Source: Candidatus Woesearchaeota archaeon (GTDB taxonomy: Archaea; Nanobdellota; Nanobdellia; Woesearchaeales; UBA583). Taken from it: a DNA stretch of 31,139 nt. Position 1 is the stretch's first letter; every line of letters starts with the position of its first letter. Where the stretch lies: the NCBI GenBank assembly GCA_041598975.1, contig JBFHXM010000001.1:1-31139 (forward strand). The letters are read 5' to 3'. A program made the position numbers and the translations under genes. Below, in pieces: positions 9,390 to 18,407 of this stretch. Under the pieces are notes generated by a model, which saw only the letters and a list, made by a program, of their open reading frames with translations, was not told the DNA's origin and ran no database searches.

Positions 9390-10835
9390 ATGGTAATAGA
9401 TATTGATAAGTTTTTGGATGACTTCAATCAAAACAAGTTGGAGACTAAGGAAAGCACAAGAAATGTGGATTTGGAATTTCAAAAAGATGTTGAAGACAGG
9501 ATTCAGGATGTTAAGAAGTTAGCCCAGAGCAGAGAAGTTAGTTTTTTGAAAAAGATTTATGATGAGGTTAAGGATTTTGATCAGGATTTGCCAAGCAAGT
9601 TTTTTGGTATTGAAAATGTTGGTGGAAGTGCTTTGGAGAATGTTGGAGAGAGGTATTCTGATGAGTTTTTCAATGTTAGCAAGAATAATGTTGAAATATT
9701 GACAAAGAGAATTAATGAGGGTCTTGCATTGCTTGACCAGGAACTGCCTTCAAAGGATTTTACAAAGATACTTGCAAGGTACAGAAGCTTGCTTGTAGAT
9801 TATGCACATTTTCCGAAAACTTTCATGGTTGACAGAGTTGAAATTGGAAAGAAGCTTAGGTTGAAGGAGGTTGAATTGAATGAACTTTTGGGCGTTTATA
9901 AAACTGAAGTTGTGAACGATACTAAACAGAGATTGTTTGAAGCTTTGACTAATTTGAAAAATGCGATGCTTAATATGAGCATTGATGATACTGAGAAATA
10001 TATTGTTGAGATTGAAGCGATAAACAATTCCATACCTAAAGTCTTGCTTTCAAATTTCACTCAGGAAAGAGCGATAGTTTCAAAAGTTTTGTACAAGGCA
10101 GAGTCCTTTTTAGTTGAAAAGTACAAAGAGGATTTTGATTTCAAAGTTAAGGATATTGAGTCTTTGGTTGAGAGGTTTCACAAAGAGTACATTGATAAAG
10201 ATTTGGATAAAGTTTTGTTAACTTACAACGAGATTATTTCTGAGTTCAGATCTTTGCCAGAAGTTTTTATTGAGAAGAAGATTCATATTTACAAGAAGGT
10301 TAATGGCTTGTTTGATTTGGTGAATAAGTTGATTATGAATAGGAATGTTTCATTGTTCATGGAAACTTATGAATATGGTAAGAAAATTGAGGCGCTCAAG
10401 GAATATTTAAGGCATGTTTCTTTAATGAAAACTGTTAGCACTCAGAATTTGGTTGACATTAAGAAAAGGATAGAGGATTTGCCTGAGAAGTATTACATTG
10501 AGAGAAGGGAACTTTTGATGGATTTGAAAAAGATAGTTATGGAAAAAGGGAAGAATGTCCAAATAGAGCACAAAGTTAAGAAAGAAGAGAAGCCTGCTGA
10601 GGTAAAAAAGAATGTTCAAAAATCTCCAATCGTTTCATCAATTAATATAATGAATCCTGTTGAAAAGCTGAATTCTGATTTTGAGACTTTTAAAAGAGTT
10701 AATGACAGGCAGGAAGTTATGAGTTTGTATCGTGTGATTGTTAATGATTTAAATAATAGGAGTTTTGAGATGAGTTTCAAGAAAAGTTTTTTGAAAAAGT
10801 TAAATGAGGAATTGATTAAGAAAAAGTTTAGTTAA
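9390..10835 (+). CDS. all-helical repeat protein in the pilus cluster
   Basis: 481 aa, charged amphipathic helices, recurring P-x-x-aromatic motif (FPKTF, IPKVL, LPEVF, LPEKY); 2 nt from the ATPase start. Confidence 0.8.
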   Translation: MVIDIDKFLDDFNQNKLETKESTRNVDLEFQKDVEDRIQDVKKLAQSREVSFLKKIYDEVKDFDQDLPSKFFGIENVGGSALENVGERYSDEFFNVSKNNVEILTKRINEGLALLDQELPSKDFTKILARYRSLLVDYAHFPKTFMVDRVEIGKKLRLKEVELNELLGVYKTEVVNDTKQRLFEALTNLKNAMLNMSIDDTEKYIVEIEAINNSIPKVLLSNFTQERAIVSKVLYKAESFLVEKYKEDFDFKVKDIESLVERFHKEYIDKDLDKVLLTYNEIISEFRSLPEVFIEKKIHIYKKVNGLFDLVNKLIMNRNVSLFMETYEYGKKIEALKEYLRHVSLMKTVSTQNLVDIKKRIEDLPEKYYIERRELLMDLKKIVMEKGKNVQIEHKVKKEEKPAEVKKNVQKSPIVSSINIMNPVEKLNSDFETFKRVNDRQEVMSLYRVIVNDLNNRSFEMSFKKSFLKKLNEELIKKKFS

Positions 10836-10837
10836 AA

Positions 10838-12400
10838 ATGGAAGTTATTGATAATTATGAGATTAATTTTGAAAATAGCAAGATTCCAATTTTAATTTAT
10901 AAAGATGATACGGACTTTGTTGGAACTTACGAAGTAGGGATTCTTGAAGTTGGAGATTACACCAAGTTTTTAATTGAGAAAGTTAAAGAGGATTTGCTTA
11001 GGGAAGGTATTGGGGAGCAAGACCCCGAGGAAGAAGGGATTGTTATTGATTATGATGAGTTGAAGAAGGCTTATGTTAAGAAGGTTAATGAACTTATCAA
11101 GTTTTATTTGCCGGTTTTGAATCAGGAAGATAAGAACAAGCTTGTGACTTATATTGTTCAGAAAAGTTTGGATTTGGGTTTTGTTGATATATTGATTTCT
11201 GATTCTGGTATAGAGGAAATTACAATTAATGGAAAGGATTCTGAAATCATGGTTTATCACAGAAAGCATGGTTGGCTTAAGACTAATTTGAAGTTTTTGT
11301 CTGATGAGGAAATTAAGAATATTGCGTCAAGAGTTGCTCTTGAGAATAAGAAATTTTTTTCTAATTTGAATCCTCTTTTGGATGCACATTTGAGAGGGGG
11401 ACACAGGGTTAATGCGACACTTGATGCTATTTCAACGAAAGGTTCAAGCATTACAATTAGGCGATTTTCAGATGATCCTTGGACTGTTTCGCAACTTATT
11501 CAGGCGAAGACTTCTGACCCTATTGTTTTGTCGATAATTTGGCTTGCAATTGAGAATGAATATAGTGTGATTGTTGCAGGAGGTACGGGTAGTGGCAAGA
11601 CTTCATTTTTGAATGCGATTTCATGTTTTATTCCTGCTAGTCAGAGGATTGTTTCTGTTGAGGATACAAGAGAAATCAGGCTTCCTAAATATACTCACTG
11701 GGTGCCTATGGAGGCAAGGCAGGCAAATCAAGAAGGCAAAGGTGGAGTTTCAATGCTTGATTTGATTGTGAACTCTTTAAGGATGAGGCCGGACAGGATT
11801 ATTATTGGAGAGATTAGGAAGAAGGCAGAAGCAGAGGTTTTGTTTGAAGCAATGAGGACAGGACATAGTGTATATGGTACTTTCCACGCAAATAATGCAG
11901 AGGAGACTATTTTGCGTTTGTCAAGTGCACCTATTGAGATTCCTAAGATTACTTTGAATGCACTTGGTTTGGTTGTTGTTCAAAATAGGGACAGGAAGTC
12001 AGGTAGAAGGATTACTTTGCAGATTGCTGAGCTTGACAAGCAAGGAAATGAGAAGGTTATTTTGCAGTTTGACCATAAAAAGAATAAGTATGTGATGAAG
12101 AACAAGCCAACTAATTTATTGAATAGGCTTGAGGAGTTCCAAGGTATTGATGAGAAGGAATTTTTTGACGAGATTAAGAAAAGAGCGCTTCTTTTGGATT
12201 ATATGGCGAAGTTTAAAATTAATAATATTGATGAAGTGGGGAAGGTTATCAACAGGTATTATTATGACAAGGAGAAGTTAATCAAGTTTGTTAAGAGGAA
12301 GCTTTACTTTTATCTTAAAAAACAGAAAATGGAAAAGCAGAAAGCTTTGGAGGAGAAGCAAAAACAAGGTGCTTTGAAGGTGAGTGAGGGCAAGAAGTAA
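10838..12400 (+). CDS. type IV pilus/Tad assembly ATPase (CpaF/TadA/VirB11-like)
   Basis: Walker A GGTGSGKT, Asp box VEDTRE, LRMRPDRIIIGEIR Walker B, His box TGHS...TFHA. Confidence 0.95.
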   Translation: MEVIDNYEINFENSKIPILIYKDDTDFVGTYEVGILEVGDYTKFLIEKVKEDLLREGIGEQDPEEEGIVIDYDELKKAYVKKVNELIKFYLPVLNQEDKNKLVTYIVQKSLDLGFVDILISDSGIEEITINGKDSEIMVYHRKHGWLKTNLKFLSDEEIKNIASRVALENKKFFSNLNPLLDAHLRGGHRVNATLDAISTKGSSITIRRFSDDPWTVSQLIQAKTSDPIVLSIIWLAIENEYSVIVAGGTGSGKTSFLNAISCFIPASQRIVSVEDTREIRLPKYTHWVPMEARQANQEGKGGVSMLDLIVNSLRMRPDRIIIGEIRKKAEAEVLFEAMRTGHSVYGTFHANNAEETILRLSSAPIEIPKITLNALGLVVVQNRDRKSGRRITLQIAELDKQGNEKVILQFDHKKNKYVMKNKPTNLLNRLEEFQGIDEKEFFDEIKKRALLLDYMAKFKINNIDEVGKVINRYYYDKEKLIKFVKRKLYFYLKKQKMEKQKALEEKQKQGALKVSEGKK

Positions 12401-12407
12401 GAGTAAA

Positions 12408-13226
12408 ATGTCATTTGCTAATTTTGTAAGAGGACTTGTAAGAAGGCATCCTGAATTGAAGTTGAAATTGAAGAGGGCAAACAGCAAACTTAGTCCTTTT
12501 CAGTACATGCTTCAAACGTTGTCGATGACAGCTTTTTCTTTCATTTTTTTTGCAGTGATTATTTTTATGTTTTTCAAACAGAATTTTCTTTATCTTGTTT
12601 TTGGTTGGAGCGGTTTGTTTTTCATGATACCTTTTTTTTATGGATTTTGGCTTACTGTTGTTGATGTTCAAACTAACAAGCTTGGAAGGGAACTTGACGG
12701 GGATTTGCTTTTTGTTTCTGAGTATTTGCTTGTTAGCTTGGAGTCGGGACTTCCTATAGGGAATGCGATTGAGAATCTAAGTAAGATTAAGAGGCCAGGA
12801 GGGGTTTTTTTTAAGAGGGTTTATGATGAGTTCAGGACAGGAAAAAGTTTTGAAGAGGCTTTGAAGGTTGGTGCGGAATTTTCCGCGTCTAGGAACTTGA
12901 AGAAACTTGTTAAGAAGTTAAGGGATAGTATGGAAATTGGTGTTGATTTGAGAATTGTTCTTGTTAATTTTATTGAAGATGCTTCTGAGAGGAAACTTCT
13001 TGAAGTAAAAGCTTTTGCAAAGAAACTTAACCCACTTGTTATGATGTATTTGCTTATGGGTATTGTTTTGCCTTCACTCGGTATTACTTTTTTCATACTT
13101 GGGGCGGCAATCATGGATATGACGCCTGGGCTTTTAAAGCTTATACTTATGTTTGTGTTTTTGATTATGTTTGCGTTCCAGTACTTTGCATATTCCACAT
13201 TTAAGTTTAGCAAGGCTACAATATAG
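12408..13226 (+). CDS. type II secretion F-family (TadB/TadC-like) membrane platform protein
   Basis: LESGLPIGNAI and SMEIGVDL T2SSF patterns, TM helices, position after the ATPase; ATG at 12408. Confidence 0.88.
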   Translation: MSFANFVRGLVRRHPELKLKLKRANSKLSPFQYMLQTLSMTAFSFIFFAVIIFMFFKQNFLYLVFGWSGLFFMIPFFYGFWLTVVDVQTNKLGRELDGDLLFVSEYLLVSLESGLPIGNAIENLSKIKRPGGVFFKRVYDEFRTGKSFEEALKVGAEFSASRNLKKLVKKLRDSMEIGVDLRIVLVNFIEDASERKLLEVKAFAKKLNPLVMMYLLMGIVLPSLGITFFILGAAIMDMTPGLLKLILMFVFLIMFAFQYFAYSTFKFSKATI

Positions 13227-13235
13227 ATTTAAAAA

Positions 13236-14291
13236 ATGGTTGATTTAAACAAAATAAGTAAGGAGGAATTTGGAAAATTTGTTGTACCAGAGAAAATATA
13301 CAAGTTCGAGTACAGGGACCAAATTGAAAGACTTTACACAAAACTTTATTTTGATAATATCCGACATACTGTTTTTGCGAATATTTTTGTTATTTCTGTT
13401 TGTTTGAGCCTTTTTGTTTTCTGGTACATGTATGGTGTAGTGTATTCGATGGATTTGTTCAATCATCTATTTTACAAGTTTCATACAAAATTTGCTGTGA
13501 TGTTCGGGCTTTGGTTTTTGATTAATGTTTTTATTTATTATTTGTGCTTGTTTTTTTATTTTTTCATGCACGAGTCTAAGTTTAGGAAGAATGAAGCTGA
13601 GATTGAAAAGGATTTGCCGGAGTTTATTGATAATTTGGTTTCCAATTTGAAAGGAGGTATTTCTTTAGAGAAGGCGCTTTTGAAGTCTATTGGTTTTGAC
13701 CAGAAGGCATTGAAGTATGAAGTTACACTTATTAACCAGAAAATCATGATGGGGACGAATGTTTATCAAGCTTTAAGGGAGTTTAGGGAGAGGTTTGATT
13801 CAGAGATTATTAATCGTACTTTTTTCTTGATTGAAGAGGGAGTTAAGGGCGGAGGTAATTTGGCTGCACCTCTTGAGAGGATTAGTGAGAACTTGAAGAG
13901 GATTTACATGCTTAATGATGAGATAAAGGCTAGTTCTGGAGGATTTTCCATAGTTATCAGAGTTATTACCATTTTGGTTGCTCCGCTTCTTTTCGCACTT
14001 GCTTTGACGCTTTTGAATTTCATTGGTAATTTGTTCAAGCTTATTGCGTCAGCAGGAAGTGATATTATTAGTGTTTCTGAAATTCCTATTGAGTTTGGAG
14101 ATTATCTGACTATTTTTTCGTATTCGATGATTTTTTTGATTACTTTTTATTCGTCTTTGATTACTTCAGAGCTTAAAAATGAGAAGATTCATGAATCTAT
14201 CAAGTATTTACCAATTTTTGTTGTTTTGGCAATCATTTTATTTAGGATTTTTACAAGTTTCTTGCTTGGAATGTTTGGAAATATTTTCTAA
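13236..14291 (+). CDS. type II secretion F-family (TadC-like) membrane platform protein
   Basis: IEKDLPEFIDNLVSNLKGGISLEKAL and GVKGGGNLAAPLERI T2SSF patterns, TM helices. Confidence 0.9.
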   Translation: MVDLNKISKEEFGKFVVPEKIYKFEYRDQIERLYTKLYFDNIRHTVFANIFVISVCLSLFVFWYMYGVVYSMDLFNHLFYKFHTKFAVMFGLWFLINVFIYYLCLFFYFFMHESKFRKNEAEIEKDLPEFIDNLVSNLKGGISLEKALLKSIGFDQKALKYEVTLINQKIMMGTNVYQALREFRERFDSEIINRTFFLIEEGVKGGGNLAAPLERISENLKRIYMLNDEIKASSGGFSIVIRVITILVAPLLFALALTLLNFIGNLFKLIASAGSDIISVSEIPIEFGDYLTIFSYSMIFLITFYSSLITSELKNEKIHESIKYLPIFVVLAIILFRIFTSFLLGMFGNIF

Positions 14292-14379
14292 ATTTTTTGT
14301 TTTTGTATAATAATTATATGTTTAATTTACTTTTTAGGGATGAATAAATTATTTAATAAAAACTTGCAAGGTATTTGTT

Positions 14380-14976
14380 ATGGTTTTAATAAATAAAAGA
14401 AAAGGACAGGCTGCTATTGAGTTTTTAATGACTTATGGTTGGATGCTTTTGGTAGTACTTATTGTAGGAGCATTGATTTTCAGTTTCGTGGATTTTGGTG
14501 CACTTTTACCTAATAAGGTAGATATTGGTGGCAATTTGAAGGCTGCTGCTTCAGAAAGTTTTGCTTCTGCTAATAGTGGAGCAACAAGTTATGCTATTGT
14601 TACTTTTACCTATAATGGAGCTAAACAAGTAGTAATTGATGCTGGTGCTGGAAATACTAATGAAATTGTTTCGGATATTAATGGTGAAACTTGTCCTTTA
14701 GTTTGGCTTAAGAATGTTGATACAGATGCTGCTGAGCCTCTTGCTGCTGACGCTATTACTCTTTTAGCTGCTGCAAGTTCAAGTGGTGCGGGAACTTTGC
14801 CATTTTTAAATAGTCATACAGGTGTTGCAGTTTTTGATTGTAGTGGTATAAATGGTGGTGCTGGTTTGTATGAGAATGATGCTTTAGAAGGAAGAATTAC
14901 AATTGCTCTTCAAAATGCAAAAACTGGAGTTTCAACTCCTAATAGTGGTCCTTTAAGATTAACTGTTAGAGAATAA
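14380..14976 (+). CDS. archaeal type IV pilin (class III signal peptide), likely major pilin
   Basis: RKG/QAAIEFLMTYGWMLLVVLIVGALIF: basic leader, Q+1, E+5, hydrophobic helix; A/G/T/N-rich body. Confidence 0.88.
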   Translation: MVLINKRKGQAAIEFLMTYGWMLLVVLIVGALIFSFVDFGALLPNKVDIGGNLKAAASESFASANSGATSYAIVTFTYNGAKQVVIDAGAGNTNEIVSDINGETCPLVWLKNVDTDAAEPLAADAITLLAAASSSGAGTLPFLNSHTGVAVFDCSGINGGAGLYENDALEGRITIALQNAKTGVSTPNSGPLRLTVRE

Positions 14977-15021
14977 ATATTCTAATAATTTTTTGTAAGT
15001 TTTATCTAAAACTTATGTTTG

Positions 15022-15591
15022 ATGATGGGTAGAGATAAAAAAGCTTGTTTTTTGAATTTTAATTTTTCTAATAATAGAAAAGCTCAGTCAGGTATGGAGT
15101 TCTTGGCTATTTTTGCGATTGGTTTTTCCTTAATTGTTATTTTTACCGGAATCTTTTTTACGTATTTTACTGGTGAGAAGGAAGCTATTGACAAGAAGCA
15201 TATTGAAAAAATCGGTCATGAGATTATTTCTAATGTTGAAAAAATATATTTTTTAGGTGAGGAGAACAGAGTTACTATCGATACCAAGTTTCCGAAAGGG
15301 ATTGTAGATTTGAGAATTCATCATGTTTACAATTATACTTTACCTGTCACGGGAGAGAATGTGTCTTATGATTATTTGAATATATCTTATGTTTCTGATG
15401 GTGATGTTTATTCGATGCTTTTTGAGCCAAGAGAGATGTATATAAGGTTTAATTGCACGATTTGTTATCATAATACCACCCATAATTTTTCATATTATAA
15501 TGAGTCTTTGCATGGTGAAGGTTTTAGGAGAATCAGATTTGAGTCTATGGGCGATTGGGTGGCTGTCGATTTCATGCAACTCATCAAATAA
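15022..15591 (+). CDS. archaeal type IV pilin-like protein (class III signal peptide), likely minor pilin
   Basis: RKA/QSGMEFLAIFAIGFSLIVIF: Q+1, E+5, hydrophobic helix; exact start uncertain (15022 or 15025). Confidence 0.82.
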   Translation: MMGRDKKACFLNFNFSNNRKAQSGMEFLAIFAIGFSLIVIFTGIFFTYFTGEKEAIDKKHIEKIGHEIISNVEKIYFLGEENRVTIDTKFPKGIVDLRIHHVYNYTLPVTGENVSYDYLNISYVSDGDVYSMLFEPREMYIRFNCTICYHNTTHNFSYYNESLHGEGFRRIRFESMGDWVAVDFMQLIK

Positions 15592-15598
15592 AATATAC

Positions 15599-15680
15599 TT
15601 TTTCCCTATTTCTGTGTTATTTAAAAGATAGATGTAGCGCTGCTACTATCTATTTTTAAATGCCTTGAAATAGAAAAAAA
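15599..15680 (+). repeat. long-hairpin intergenic repeat, copy 1
   Basis: TTTAAAAG-A-TAGAT-GTAGC-gct-GCTAC-T-ATCTA-TTTTTAAA inner stem inside CTATTTC/GAAATAG outer stem; aligns with 28164 and 28959. Confidence 0.85.
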
Positions 15681-15790
15681 TTATTATTTTATTTTGGGCA
15701 GATTGGATTTGTTGGTTAATTAAGAAGGAGTATGCGGGGAGAAGTTTGTTTTTGTTTGATTTGTGGGCAAGGCAAAAATTGATTGTGTTT

Positions 15791-16708
15791 TTACTTTTCG
15801 AGGTCGAGGTATGTACTCCATGCAGCTATGCTTCCTGCTGATGCTGCCACAATTGCTTGTTTGAATGTAAAATCTGTCACATCTCCTATTGCATAAAGGT
15901 TTTTGATGTTTGTTCGCATTTCTCTTGTAACTATTATTTCACCTTTTTCGTTTAGTTCTGCACCTAATTGTTTTGCAAGTTCTGAGTTTGGTATTTGTCC
16001 GATTTCTACAAATACTCCTTGAATAGGGAATTCGTTTAAGTTGTTGTAAGGTTTGTCAAATACAACAGATTTTACTATTTGTTCGCCTTTTATTTCTGTT
16101 ATGTTTGTGTTGTATATAATTTCAATATTTTCTTTCTTTAATGCTCTGTCAAGGTTGATAGGTTCTGCTCTTAGTTTGTTTCCTCTGTATACAATGTATA
16201 CTTTCTTACAGTGTTCGCTTAACATTAAAGCTTCTTTTGTTGCACTATCACTTCCTCCTACTATTATTACTTCTTTGTTTCTAAAGAACATACCATCACA
16301 AGTTGCACAGTAGCTTACTCCTTTTCCATCGAATTCTTTTTCTCCGGAGATATTTAGTTTTCTTCTTTCTGAACCTGTTGCAAGAATTACTGCTTTTGCT
16401 TTGTATGTTTGTTTTGAGTTTAGAGTTTGCATTTCAAATAAATCTTTTTCTTTTTTTATTTTATTAACAATGTCATCTACAATTTCTATGTTGTATTTTT
16501 TAGCATGTTCTTCTATTTTTCCCATTAATTCTGGTCCTGTTAGTGAGTCGTATCCTGGATAGTTTTCTATAAGGTGTGTTTTTGTTACAAGTCCGCCTCT
16601 TTCTTTTACTATTACTAATGTTTTGAGGTTGTATCTTGCAGCATAAATTGCAGCACTAAGTCCGCCGGGCCCACCCCCAATAATTATTAAATCGTAGTTT
16701 TCGGTCAT
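15791..16708 (-). CDS. trxB: thioredoxin-disulfide reductase
   Basis: GGGPGG FAD motif, IENYPG, GVSYCATCDG redox motif, VGGSDSA NADPH motif, AIGDV. Confidence 0.95.
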   Translation of the reverse strand: MTENYDLIIIGGGPGGLSAAIYAARYNLKTLVIVKERGGLVTKTHLIENYPGYDSLTGPELMGKIEEHAKKYNIEIVDDIVNKIKKEKDLFEMQTLNSKQTYKAKAVILATGSERRKLNISGEKEFDGKGVSYCATCDGMFFRNKEVIIVGGSDSATKEALMLSEHCKKVYIVYRGNKLRAEPINLDRALKKENIEIIYNTNITEIKGEQIVKSVVFDKPYNNLNEFPIQGVFVEIGQIPNSELAKQLGAELNEKGEIIVTREMRTNIKNLYAIGDVTDFTFKQAIVAASAGSIAAWSTYLDLEK

Positions 16709-16798
16709 ATTTATTATATATTTATTTTATTTTATTAAGTTTTGGTTTTATTTTTAATGTAATAACATTTTTAAGTATGTTGTTGTTTGTTTGTTAGT

Positions 16799-17473
16799 AT
16801 GAATAGGTATTTAAGGCAAGAAATTTTGGATTTCATCCCGGAGAATTTTTCTGAGAAAGTTAAAGGTAAGAAAATAGTTTTGATTGGGTGCGGAGGAGTT
16901 GGAAGTGTTTTTGCTGAGCTTTTAGTTAGAGGGGGTTTTTTGAATTTAGTTCTTATAGATTTTGATAAGGTGGAGATTACTAATTTGAATAGGCAGATAT
17001 ATTTTGAGAATGACTTGGGTAAGTTTAAAGCTGAGAGCTTGAAGAAACATTTGCTTGAAATTGATAAGAATGTTAATATTGATGTTATTTTGGAGGAGAT
17101 TGATGAGGTTAATATTGGTGATTTTTCTAAGGATTCAGATTTAATTATAGATGCTAGTGATAATTTTAAGATAAGGAATTTGATTAATGATTATTGTGTT
17201 CAAAATGGAAAGGATTGGCTTTATAATGGTGCTGTTAGGACTGAAGTTGTTAGTTGTTTGTTTTATGGTAAAAATAATTTGTTTGATAAAGTGTTTAGTT
17301 CGGGTGTTGTTGAGCAAAAAGCAAGGGATGTTGGAATTTTGCCTTCGACAACTTTTTTGGCAGCTAGTTTAGGTTTTAATCAGGTTATGAAGTATTTTTT
17401 AGATAATAGGGAAAATAAATTGGTAAAAATTAATTTGTGGACAAATAAAGTATTTGAAGTTAAGATTAAATGA
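16799..17473 (+). CDS. ThiF/MoeB/HesA-family (E1-like) adenylyltransferase lacking Zn and catalytic cysteines
   Basis: RYLRQ, GCGGVG, DFDKVEITNLNRQ, DASDN; start moved to the ATG at 16799. Confidence 0.88.
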   Translation: MNRYLRQEILDFIPENFSEKVKGKKIVLIGCGGVGSVFAELLVRGGFLNLVLIDFDKVEITNLNRQIYFENDLGKFKAESLKKHLLEIDKNVNIDVILEEIDEVNIGDFSKDSDLIIDASDNFKIRNLINDYCVQNGKDWLYNGAVRTEVVSCLFYGKNNLFDKVFSSGVVEQKARDVGILPSTTFLAASLGFNQVMKYFLDNRENKLVKINLWTNKVFEVKIK

Positions 17474-17541
17474 TTTTGAAAAAGAAAACATTTAAAATAA
17501 GAAATTAATTATTATAATTTAGAAGTTGTATTTTTCTTTTT

Positions 17542-17614
17542 GGGGACGTAGTATAACTTGGCAGAATAGCTGGCTCCAGACCAGCAGATGGGGGTTCAAA
17601 TCCTTCCGTCCTCA
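17542..17614 (+). tRNA. tRNA-Trp (CCA), intronless, CCA end not encoded
   Basis: Acceptor GGGGACG/CGTCCTC, anticodon arm GCTGG-CTCCAGA-CCAGC, T arm GGGGG-TTCAAAT-CCTTC, discriminator A. Confidence 0.93.
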
Positions 17615-17711
17615 CTTGTAAACAAATTCGGATTACATGATTTTAACCTTTATGTGGTCACTCGAATAAATTCTTGTTCCCACATTTTGCGAGACTTCGC
17701 TTACGCAAAAC

Positions 17712-17734
17712 TTCAAATCTTTCCGCCCTCACTT
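17712..17734 (+). repeat. direct repeat of the tRNA-Trp 3' end (att-like)
   Basis: TTCAAATCTTTCCGCCCTCACTT vs 17595-17617 TTCAAATCCTTCCGTCCTCACTT, 21/23 identical. Confidence 0.85.
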
Positions 17735-17773
17735 TTGTTTTTAATAATATTTATTAATGATTTGTTATTAGTG

Positions 17774-18385
17774 ATGTATATGATTGAAAAGGATTTAAAA
17801 CTTTCTGGAGTGTTTGTAGGAGTTATTGGACCTACTTATTCAGGTAAAACTACTTATACCTATAGGTTTCTTGATAAACATCCTGAAGCTTTTTATCCAG
17901 TTTCTTGTACTACTCGGAAACCGAGGGCTAATGAGGTTCATGGCAAAGATTATTATTTTTTATCTGAAGGCGAATTCCATGATAAATTTGAAAATCATGA
18001 ATTTTTAGAATGGGCAGTTGTTCATGGCGAATATTATGGAACTTTGAAAAATCCAGTTTTTGAATTTTTGAGTAAAGGAAAATTGGGTTTGACTGAGATT
18101 GATTATCAGGGTTTGTTTGAGATGAGAGAACATTTGCCTTCAGAAAATTTGAAATCTGTTTTTTTGATGCCGCCACCTGAAGAATTTATAATTCAGAAAT
18201 TAAAGGAAAGAGATTTAAATATTTCAAGGCACGAGATTAAAAAAAGGCTTGATTCTTTGAAAAAAGAGGTCGAGGTTGCAGAAAAATTTGATGTAAGGCT
18301 TAGGATGTTTGATAATGACCCTGATACCTCTTATTCTATTTTTGAACATATTATTTTGGGTTTTATGAAATCTAAAAATATTTAA
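17774..18385 (+). CDS. gmk: guanylate kinase (bacterial/eukaryotic type)
   Basis: P-loop GPTYSGKTT, GMP-binding signature TTRKPRANEVHGKDYYF, EFLEWAVVHGEYYGT, EIDYQG, FLMPP; start at ATG 17774 or 17780, not the track's 17588. Confidence 0.9.
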   Translation: MYMIEKDLKLSGVFVGVIGPTYSGKTTYTYRFLDKHPEAFYPVSCTTRKPRANEVHGKDYYFLSEGEFHDKFENHEFLEWAVVHGEYYGTLKNPVFEFLSKGKLGLTEIDYQGLFEMREHLPSENLKSVFLMPPPEEFIIQKLKERDLNISRHEIKKRLDSLKKEVEVAEKFDVRLRMFDNDPDTSYSIFEHIILGFMKSKNI

Positions 18386-18407
18386 ATGATAATGTTTTTG
18401 AGTTTTT

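Noticed and set aside
8946-15591. Archaellum (arl/fla) operon
   Set aside because: It has two separate T2SSF genes, no ArlH/F/G and no archaellin-type N-termini; it fits a pilus/Tad-like system.
17588-17773. 62-aa N-terminal extension of the gmk ORF in the track
   Set aside because: It starts inside tRNA-Trp and runs through the repeat; Gmk homology begins only after ATG 17774/17780.
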